64,000 nucleotides of DNA from contig CACIJY010000002.1 of NCBI GenBank assembly GCA_902587095.1, positions 16,287-80,286 of the forward strand. Reading direction: 5' to 3'. Below are positions 9,734 through 17,368 of the stretch, piece after piece. Position numbers and translations under genes: made by a program. The notes under the pieces were generated by a model. It made no database searches and was not told the origin of the DNA. It saw only the letters and a list, made by a program, of their open reading frames with translations. The DNA is from an uncultured Pelagibacteraceae bacterium (GTDB taxonomy: Bacteria; Pseudomonadota; Alphaproteobacteria; Pelagibacterales; Pelagibacteraceae). Every line of letters begins with the position of its first letter. Positions within the stretch are counted from its first letter, which is position 1.

Positions 9734-10342
9734 TTAGTTGTATTTTTTTGATATAATTATCTTTTCAACATCAGTTTCTAGGCCTCCACTACATGACACG
9801 GGGTTTACCTTTTCACTAAGAGCTAGTTCATTGCTTGGACGTAAAGTTACTTCAAGTTTTACCAAGTTTACTAATTCTTCTCTAATATCTTCATCATATC
9901 TCCAGCTAGGCCATGAACTTGGTGTTGAAAATATAGAGGTTAAATAACTTGTAGCCATAGTATATCTGTAATTACTCAAGTTTTCATTCCTTAATAAAAA
10001 ATCTCTTACAGAACTAAAAATATTTCTACATCTAAAAGAATCCGAAAAGTAATTTTCCTCCTTAAGATTTTTACTCATAGGAACAGAAACAATTAAATCA
10101 ATTGAGTTTTTAGAATATGAGGTAACTACGTCAGTATAAAATTCAGATTCAGCAATCTCTAAATGATCTTTTATAGAAGGATATGAAGTTTTTAAATCTG
10201 CTTCTAGTCTAAAAATCCCAATATCAAAAACTGTAAGTTGCTGATTTCTTAATAATGTTGTTATATCTTTGGAAAAAACACTTGTTGTTAAAGAGCTTAA
10301 CAAAAAAGCAAAAATTAAAATATTTTTAAGTATTCTAATCAT
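9734..10342 (-). CDS. Hypothetical secreted/periplasmic protein (202 aa)
   Basis: ATG start, signal-peptide-like N-terminus (MIRILKNILIFAFLLSSLTTSVFS), two Cys. Fills the gap between phoR and pstS; no recognisable family motif. Confidence 0.8.
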   Translation of the reverse strand: MIRILKNILIFAFLLSSLTTSVFSKDITTLLRNQQLTVFDIGIFRLEADLKTSYPSIKDHLEIAESEFYTDVVTSYSKNSIDLIVSVPMSKNLKEENYFSDSFRCRNIFSSVRDFLLRNENLSNYRYTMATSYLTSIFSTPSSWPSWRYDEDIREELVNLVKLEVTLRPSNELALSEKVNPVSCSGGLETDVEKIIISKKYN

Positions 10343-10382
10343 GCTTAAAAATAATAAAAAGACTAAAATTAATCAAGTAAAG

Positions 10383-10415
10383 AAATGTTATAAAAATGTT
10401 CTAAAATTATTATAA
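10383..10415. repeat. 3x 11-bp imperfect direct repeat upstream of the 202-aa gene (candidate PhoB or LexA site)
   Basis: aaatgttataa aaatgttctaa aattattataa at 10383-10415. Confidence 0.5.
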
Positions 10416-10432
10416 AACAATACTTTTTAAAT

Positions 10433-11578
10433 CTAAGTTTTTGTTGGTAAATAAATTTGAACTTCAGTTCCTTTATTTTCCTCACTTAGAATCTCATAAT
10501 GTCCACGATGTTGAGTAACAATATGTTTAACAATAGCTAATCCTAAACCAGTTCCACCAACCCTATTACTTTGTTCAAGATCTACCCTAAAAAATCTTTC
10601 TGTAATTCTAGAAATATATCTTTGAGGAATACCAACACCTTCATCTTTAATACTGATCATAAAATTTTTTTCTAACAATTTACCAACACTAATTTTGCTT
10701 GATATAAAAATAGACTTGTTTTCATTTGAATACTTAATTGCATTATCTAAAAGATTAGAAAAAACAGTTTGTAATTTTTTTTCATCTCCAATAACAATCG
10801 TTGGATTAGCGAGAGATAAATTAATATTTAATTTCTTTCTTTTTAAAATAATCTCAAAATTACTGATGATTGTTTTGAAAAGATCATTTATATCTACTAA
10901 AGAGTTTGGCCTTATGTGTTCTTCTAATTCAATTCTTGTGAGTATTAAAAGATCATTAATTAAATTTTCCATTCTATTTGATTGATCAGTCATTATTTTC
11001 ATAAATTTTTTTTTAGCCTTTTCATCATCAGACGCTGGGCCCTCAATTGTTTCTAATGATCCTTTGATTGCCATTAAAGGTGTTCTTAATTCATGGCTTA
11101 CATTAGCGACAAAATCAGTTTTAAATTTTTGTGCTTTTGTAATTTCAGTAAAATCTTTTAAAAATAACACAACAGAATCTGGTTCAGTAAATAAATGAGT
11201 TGGACCAGGAATAATATAAATTTTATAAAATTGATATGATGGGAGGTCTATTTCAATGTCAATATTTTTTGTTTTATTTTCAACAATAGCTTTTTCAATA
11301 TTTTCTATTAATTCTGGTTTTCGAATTACAGAGGATATGTTTTTATCAATTAAATTACTTCCAAATCTTTTTAATGCACTTGGATTAGCATATTTAATTA
11401 TATTAAATTTATTTAATGCGAAAAACTGATCTTCAAGCTCGTCTATAATTACTCTTTTTGTTTTTTCCTCTCTTTTATTAACTATTATGGCAGTATTTAT
11501 TGGTTTGTTTTTTTTTTGATTAAGTAAATATAGGAGATAAATTATAACAATTACAAGTAGGATGACTAAATATTCCAT
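10433..11578 (-). CDS. phoR: Phosphate regulon sensor histidine kinase PhoR
   Basis: One N-terminal TM, PAS-like region (ANPSA), DFVANVSHELRTPL H-box, NLLDNAIKY, RITERFFRVD, GGTGLGLAIVKHIV. Confidence 0.93.
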   Translation of the reverse strand: MEYLVILLVIVIIYLLYLLNQKKNKPINTAIIVNKREEKTKRVIIDELEDQFFALNKFNIIKYANPSALKRFGSNLIDKNISSVIRKPELIENIEKAIVENKTKNIDIEIDLPSYQFYKIYIIPGPTHLFTEPDSVVLFLKDFTEITKAQKFKTDFVANVSHELRTPLMAIKGSLETIEGPASDDEKAKKKFMKIMTDQSNRMENLINDLLILTRIELEEHIRPNSLVDINDLFKTIISNFEIILKRKKLNINLSLANPTIVIGDEKKLQTVFSNLLDNAIKYSNENKSIFISSKISVGKLLEKNFMISIKDEGVGIPQRYISRITERFFRVDLEQSNRVGGTGLGLAIVKHIVTQHRGHYEILSEENKGTEVQIYLPTKT

Positions 11579-11641
11579 AAATTAGATAGTTTAATTTTGC
11601 AATATTACACTTTTTAATGCAAACAAATTAAGAAAAATTAA

Positions 11642-12649
11642 CTAATGGTTAGGTGAAATATTGTTAAAAAATATTTTTGCTGTTTCTTCCCAAGTGAATT
11701 TTTTTGCAAATTCAAGACAATCATTTCTATCAACTTTTAAAGCTTTTTGGGCTGAAACTTTAAGATTATTGTCTAAACAATTTATTTTGGATCCTTCAAA
11801 TATATCTTTAGGACCTGGAACAGGATACGCTGCAACAGGTGTTCCACAATTTAAAGCCTCGGTAACCACAATTCCAAATGTATCTGTTTTACTAGGGAAT
11901 ACAAAAACATCGGAGGATGCAAAATGTGATGCTAATTCACCGTTGGTTTTTTCTCCTAAAAAAATATCTTTAGGGAATTCTTTTTTTAATTTTTTTAAAT
12001 CAGGTCCTTTTCCTATTATTATTTTTGTACCTTCTAAATCACATTCTAAAAAAGCTCTTATATTTTTCTCAACTGCAACTCTTCCAACATAAATCCAAAT
12101 TGGTCTTTTGTGGGGTAAATCAATTTTTTTAGGGTTCTTAAATGCTCCGTGATTTCCACCTCTGGTCCAAGTAATCATTTTATTATCATCTATACCTATA
12201 TTAATTAATTCTCTTCTCATAGACTCTGTTGTTACTAAAATTCTCTCAGCCTTATTATGAAAATTTGCTAAAAATTTTTCAGCCCATTTTGCAGGTATAA
12301 TTGGAAAATATAATTTAAGATATTTATCAAACCTTGTATGAAAACTTGTAGTAAACTTTAGATTATTCTTTAAACAATATCTTCTTGCCATAGTTCCTAT
12401 AGGACCTTCAGTAGCGATATGAATTGCATCAGGTTTTATTTTTTTTATCAAACTACCAACTCTTGGCCAAACATTAATAGATAATCTAATTTCATTATAT
12501 TTGGGCATCGGAAAAGTTAAAAATAAGTCTGGAGTGATATATTCTACTAAATGACCCTGTTTTTTTAAAACTTGCCCTGTTTCATGAAGAGTTCTTACTA
12601 CACCATTAACTTGAGGGAAATATGCATCTGTCGCAATTAAGATTTTCAT
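11642..12649 (-). CDS. agt: GT4 glycosyltransferase, Agt-type glycolipid (glucosyl/glucuronosyl-DAG) synthase
   Basis: TDAYFPQVNGVVRTL, HIATEGPIG, TTSFHTRF, YVGRVAVEKNI, VFVFPSKTDTFG. Lies 3 bp downstream of plcP. Confidence 0.82.
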   Translation of the reverse strand: MKILIATDAYFPQVNGVVRTLHETGQVLKKQGHLVEYITPDLFLTFPMPKYNEIRLSINVWPRVGSLIKKIKPDAIHIATEGPIGTMARRYCLKNNLKFTTSFHTRFDKYLKLYFPIIPAKWAEKFLANFHNKAERILVTTESMRRELINIGIDDNKMITWTRGGNHGAFKNPKKIDLPHKRPIWIYVGRVAVEKNIRAFLECDLEGTKIIIGKGPDLKKLKKEFPKDIFLGEKTNGELASHFASSDVFVFPSKTDTFGIVVTEALNCGTPVAAYPVPGPKDIFEGSKINCLDNNLKVSAQKALKVDRNDCLEFAKKFTWEETAKIFFNNISPNH

Positions 12650-12652
12650 TTT

Positions 12653-13474
12653 TTAAGATGCTTTTTTAAGATTTTTTGTTTTTAAAGTTTGTGAAATTTC
12701 CTCATTATTGAAATATTTATCTCTTATTTTATCCCAATAAATAATTTCGAATTTTCCATTGTAATTTTCTACTAATGCGGTGCATGACTCAACCCAATCA
12801 CCACAATTAAGATAATTTATTCCATTGAACTCTTGATCTTCCGCATGATGAATATGACCACAAATTATTCCATCATATTTTTTGTTTTTTGCATAATCTG
12901 AAAGTGTTTTTTCATATTCGCCAATATATTTTACTGCATTTTTAACTTTATATTTTAAGAATTTAGCAAGTGACCAGTAATCTTTGCCTCTTAATTTTCT
13001 AAAGAAATTTATAACCACATTAATTCTTAGTAATAAATTATAAGCGACAGATCCAATTTTAGATAACCATTTAGCGTGTTTCATTACCCCGTCCCACGCA
13101 TCACCATGTACAATTAAATATTTTTTTCCTAAATTAGTTTCGTGAACAATTCTATTTAACATGTGTATGTCGCCAAAATTCATAGGAATAAATTTTCTAA
13201 ATAATTCATCATGATTGCCTACTATGTAGAAAACTTTAGTACCATGTCTTGCTTTTCTTAATATTTTTTGAATTACGTCATTATGTTCTTGAGGCCAATA
13301 AAAATTTTTTTGCATCGCCCAAACATCAACAATATCTCCAACAAGATAAAGATTTTCTGATCTAGAGTTTTTAAAAAATTCTAAAATCTTACTTGCCTGA
13401 CACCCCTTTGTTCCAAGATGTAAATCTGAAATAAATATACTTCTATACTTTAATAAAGGTGATTTATTTGTCAT
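12653..13474 (-). CDS. plcP: PlcP metallophosphoesterase (phospholipase C for lipid remodelling)
   Basis: SDLHLG, GDIVD, GNHDE, HGD, CGHIHH, NCGDWVES. Adjacent to the GT4 gene and pho genes; lpxI is present elsewhere in the window. Confidence 0.87.
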   Translation of the reverse strand: MTNKSPLLKYRSIFISDLHLGTKGCQASKILEFFKNSRSENLYLVGDIVDVWAMQKNFYWPQEHNDVIQKILRKARHGTKVFYIVGNHDELFRKFIPMNFGDIHMLNRIVHETNLGKKYLIVHGDAWDGVMKHAKWLSKIGSVAYNLLLRINVVINFFRKLRGKDYWSLAKFLKYKVKNAVKYIGEYEKTLSDYAKNKKYDGIICGHIHHAEDQEFNGINYLNCGDWVESCTALVENYNGKFEIIYWDKIRDKYFNNEEISQTLKTKNLKKAS

Positions 13475-13534
13475 ATAAACTTGTTTTATTTTTTGATTCG
13501 CTTATAAGTAGAAACATAACTACCTTGTACATAA

Positions 13535-13556
13535 TAATGTTACAGAATTATTAAAT
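13535..13556 (-). promoter_or_regulatory. Pho-box-like site in the plcP / DAG-kinase divergent spacer
   Basis: Minus strand ATTTAAT-AATT-CTGTAAC-ATTA. 13535-13549 (taatgttacagaatt) matches 9668-9682 upstream of pstS (taatattacagaatt) at 14/15. Confidence 0.65.
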
Positions 13557-13557
13557 T

Positions 13558-14448
13558 ATGAAATTTTGTTTGATATATAATAAAAAATCTGCCGGTGGAA
13601 GAAAGACTAATTTTATTAAAAAGATTCTTTATGAAATTCGAAAACAATACAAGGTTGATTTTTTTGAGACAAAAAGTGAGAACCAAGCATCAGAAATAAT
13701 AAAAAATATCCCAAAAAATCAATATAACAGATTATTATTAGCTGGTGGAGATGGGTCAGTTTCATTTGCTATTAACGAACTTATAAAAAATAATTTTAAT
13801 TTTAATAAGGATTTTGCAATTGGATATATTCCAGCAGGAACAGCTAACATTCTACAAGCTGAATTGGGTATGTCTAAAAACATTAAACAAATTGCAAAAA
13901 CATTAACCTCAAATAATTTTAATAAATCTAATTTAATGAAAATAAATGAAAAACATTTTGTTTTGATGGCAGGATTAGGATGGGATGCTCAAATAGTTCA
14001 ATCAATTAATTCCTCGATTAAAAAAATAATGGGAAAATTAATATTTGGTATCAAAGGTTTACAAAAATTTTTATTTATGAAGAATAATAAAATCAAGATA
14101 TTTATCGATAATGAAACTATTTATGCAGATTGGGTTCTATGTACAAATAGCAAATATTATGCAGGTCATCATTCAATAGCAAAAACAAATATCTTTGATG
14201 ATAAAGTTGTTACATACATCTTTGAAAACTTAAATCGATTAAAATTATTATATTACATATATTTAGTAGCTATTTATGGTAATTTAGAAAAATCAAAATC
14301 AGTGATTACAAAATATGATGATAATATTAAATTTGAAGGTGTGAATAGTAAAATACCAGTGCAAATTGATGGTGACAATTTTGGTAATTTCAAAGAAGTT
14401 TTAATTTCAAAATCAGAAAAAAAAATAAATATATTAAAGTCTGCTTAA
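13558..14448 (+). CDS. Soluble diacylglycerol/lipid kinase family protein (DgkB/YegS/BmrU-like)
   Basis: YNKKSAGG, AGGDGSV, IPAGTANIL, AGLGWDA, NSKYYAG, QIDGD motifs. Confidence 0.87.
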   Translation: MKFCLIYNKKSAGGRKTNFIKKILYEIRKQYKVDFFETKSENQASEIIKNIPKNQYNRLLLAGGDGSVSFAINELIKNNFNFNKDFAIGYIPAGTANILQAELGMSKNIKQIAKTLTSNNFNKSNLMKINEKHFVLMAGLGWDAQIVQSINSSIKKIMGKLIFGIKGLQKFLFMKNNKIKIFIDNETIYADWVLCTNSKYYAGHHSIAKTNIFDDKVVTYIFENLNRLKLLYYIYLVAIYGNLEKSKSVITKYDDNIKFEGVNSKIPVQIDGDNFGNFKEVLISKSEKKINILKSA

Positions 14449-14450
14449 TA

Positions 14451-15653
14451 CTATTTTACCCTACCATATACATCCTGATATCTAACAATATCTGTTTCTT
14501 TAAGGATTGAGCCTATTTGTGCTTCTACAATTTTAACCGGTTTTTTAAATGGATTTTCAATTCTGTGAATAGCTCCTAATGGAATATAAATAGTTTCACC
14601 AGGTTTCTTTAAGAATTTACTTTTATTTAGAGTAATCTTTGGAATTCCATGAGTAACTACCCAATGTTCTGCTCTATGTAAATGTTTTTGAAGACTTAAA
14701 ATGCCTTTAGGTTTAACAAATAATTCTTTAATTAAAAATTCTTTGCCTTTAAATAAGTTTGTATAGCTGCCCCATGGTCTATGAAATACGTTTTTCTTTT
14801 TAAAATATCTATTTTTAATTTTTCCATACATTTTGCAGATTTCTTTCCAGCTCCCTAGATCCGACCATGGAATATCAAGCTTGATCGCATTGATATTTTT
14901 TGTTTTCTCAAGTATTGCGTAATCAAACGATTTTGCTGTAGCTTTAGAAAACGATTGTTTATTTAAATAATACACATTGCTTTTATATTTAGCTTTTATT
15001 ACAGCTTTTTTACAGTTTCGAAAAATATTAGGCTGATATTTTTTAAAATTATTAATAATTGAGTCTTTTCTCAAAAAAAACATACCAGAGTTCCAGTATC
15101 CTTTTTGTCTAATTACTTGTTTTGCTCTTGATGTTTTAGGTTTTTCAATAAATTTGGTGACTTTATTAATACTCTTTTTTTTCTTAGTAATGAAATATCC
15201 ATACTCACTAGATGGACTTGTTGGCTTTATGCCAAATATAAATATATTTTTTTCATCTAAATTTGACTTATTTTTATTAATAGCTGTAATTAATTTGTTA
15301 GGCTTTTCAATTAAATGATCTGCAGTAAAATACATTAATGGCTGATTATACGGTACATCTTTAATTAATGCTGATGCTAAAATTGCAGGAGCAGTATTCT
15401 TTTTTGCTGGTTCTAAAATAATCTTATACTTTTTAATTTTACTTTTCTTTAAAGCTTTTTTTACATCTTTAATATACTTTGAATTAGTACTTATAATTGG
15501 GTAATCAAAAACTTTACTTTTAATTCTTTCAAAAGTTTTATTAATTAAAGTCCAACCGCCAAAATCTATGAATTGTTTTGCTTGATGATTAGATTTTTTG
15601 GGCCAAAGTCTTGTTCCAGCCCCACCGCATAAAATAACCGGTCTAATTTTCAT
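14451..15653 (-). CDS. manC: Mannose-1-phosphate guanylyltransferase / mannose-6-phosphate isomerase (shortened)
   Basis: GGAGTRLWP, KQF, EPAKKNTAPA, FIEKP, WNSGMF, SFDYA, WSDLGSW; cupin domain RPWG, LSLQKH, EHWVV. Confidence 0.9.
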   Translation of the reverse strand: MKIRPVILCGGAGTRLWPKKSNHQAKQFIDFGGWTLINKTFERIKSKVFDYPIISTNSKYIKDVKKALKKSKIKKYKIILEPAKKNTAPAILASALIKDVPYNQPLMYFTADHLIEKPNKLITAINKNKSNLDEKNIFIFGIKPTSPSSEYGYFITKKKKSINKVTKFIEKPKTSRAKQVIRQKGYWNSGMFFLRKDSIINNFKKYQPNIFRNCKKAVIKAKYKSNVYYLNKQSFSKATAKSFDYAILEKTKNINAIKLDIPWSDLGSWKEICKMYGKIKNRYFKKKNVFHRPWGSYTNLFKGKEFLIKELFVKPKGILSLQKHLHRAEHWVVTHGIPKITLNKSKFLKKPGETIYIPLGAIHRIENPFKKPVKIVEAQIGSILKETDIVRYQDVYGRVK

Positions 15654-17368
15654 TAAATATCAGCGTATACTTTAACCTCGTTTTTACCACCAGGATGTGT
15701 TGGTGCTCCTAAATATGCTGGTCCAACTGTTTGTGCATACTTCCATAGAGTTCCATTGCCAAAGTTAATCTTTTTAGGTCTCCATTTTTTACGTCTTTTT
15801 TGCAATTCTTTTTTGGACAATCTAACATTAATAGTTCCTTTTTTAGCATCAATGTCTATTACATCTCCGTTTCTAAGTAATGCAATTGGTCCTCCAACAG
15901 ATGCTTCTGGACCAACGTGACCAATACAAAAGCCTCTTGTTGCACCTGAAAATCTACCATCAGTAATAAGTGCTACCTTCTCTCCTTTTCCTTGACCGTA
16001 AATTGCTCCAGTTGTCTGTAACATTTCTCTCATACCAGGACCACCTTTTGGACCTTCGTATCTAATAATAATTATATCTCCATCTTTATATTTTTTATTC
16101 TTAACAGCTTTATAAGCAGACTCTTCAGTGTCAAAACATCTTGCTGTCCCTGTAAATTGTAATTTTTTTAATCCAGCAACTTTTACAATTGCTCCTTCTG
16201 GTGCAAGATTTCCTTTTAAACCTACAACACCGCCATCATTTGAAAGTGGATTGTTATATTTTCTCATAACTTTTTGTTTTGGATTAAATTTGATATTTTT
16301 AAGATTTTGTCTCATAGTTTTCCCTGTAACAGTCATACAGTCACCATGGATATATCCACCATCTAACAAAGTTCTTAATAACATTGGTACACCACCTGCT
16401 AGCCACATATCTTTTGCAACATATCTTCCACCTGGTTTTAAATCTGCAAGATAAGGAGTTCTTTTAAAAATTTTAGCAACATCCATTAAATCAAATTTAA
16501 TTCCTATTTCATTTGCTATAGCTGGTAAATGTAATGCAGCATTTGTTGAGCCTCCAGTTGCTGCAACAATCGTTGCTGCATTTTCTAAAGCTTTTCTTGT
16601 AACAATATCTCTTGGCCTAATATTTTTTGCTAATAAATTCATTACAGCTTTTCCACTTTGTAATGCAAATTTATCTCTTTGTTCGTAGGGTGCTGGAGTT
16701 CCAGCTGAATAAGGTAATGCTAATCCCATTGCTTCTGAGACACATGCCATAGTGTTTGCTGTAAATTGACCTCCACAAGCACCAGCACTTGGACAAGCTT
16801 TTAATTCTAATTTTCTTAAAGCATGTGCATTCATTTGCCCTGAAGAATATTTTCCTACACCTTCAAAAACATCTACAACGGTTACATCCTTACCGTTAAA
16901 TCTTCCAGGAAGTATAGAGCCTCCATAAATAAATACACTAGGCACGTTTAATCTAACCATCGCCATCATCAAACCAGGTAAAGATTTATCACAACCTGCA
17001 ACGCCAACTAAAGCATCGTAACAATGACCTCGTACAGTAAGCTCAGTTGAATCCGCAATAACATCTCTTGAAACTAATGAAGATTTCATTCCCTCGTGTC
17101 CCATTGCAATACCATCAGTGACAGTAATTGTACAAAATTCTCTTGGTGTTCCTCCCGATGATTTAACACCTTTTTTAACTGACTGTGCTTGTCTCATTAA
17201 AGCAATATTACAAGGTGCAGCCTCATTCCATGTTGAAACTACTCCAACAAAGGGTTTTGCAACATCTTTTTCGGTTAATTTCATTGCATAATAAAAAGAT
17301 CTTTGAGGGGCCTTATCTGGTCCTAGCGAAGTGTGTCTACTTGGTAGTTTTTTCTTATTAAATTTCAT
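15653..17368 (-). CDS. ilvD: Dihydroxy-acid dehydratase
   Basis: [54 protein letters not shown]. Confidence 0.95.
   Translation of the reverse strand: MKFNKKKLPSRHTSLGPDKAPQRSFYYAMKLTEKDVAKPFVGVVSTWNEAAPCNIALMRQAQSVKKGVKSSGGTPREFCTITVTDGIAMGHEGMKSSLVSRDVIADSTELTVRGHCYDALVGVAGCDKSLPGLMMAMVRLNVPSVFIYGGSILPGRFNGKDVTVVDVFEGVGKYSSGQMNAHALRKLELKACPSAGACGGQFTANTMACVSEAMGLALPYSAGTPAPYEQRDKFALQSGKAVMNLLAKNIRPRDIVTRKALENAATIVAATGGSTNAALHLPAIANEIGIKFDLMDVAKIFKRTPYLADLKPGGRYVAKDMWLAGGVPMLLRTLLDGGYIHGDCMTVTGKTMRQNLKNIKFNPKQKVMRKYNNPLSNDGGVVGLKGNLAPEGAIVKVAGLKKLQFTGTARCFDTEESAYKAVKNKKYKDGDIIIIRYEGPKGGPGMREMLQTTGAIYGQGKGEKVALITDGRFSGATRGFCIGHVGPEASVGGPIALLRNGDVIDIDAKKGTINVRLSKKELQKRRKKWRPKKINFGNGTLWKYAQTVGPAYLGAPTHPGGKNEVKVYADI

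Noticed and set aside
12653-13474. Annotation of plcP as LpxH (lipid A hydrolase)
   Set aside because: It has GNHD rather than the LpxH GNRD motif, sits with a GT4 gene in a pho cluster, and lpxI already fills that step at 49480-50274.
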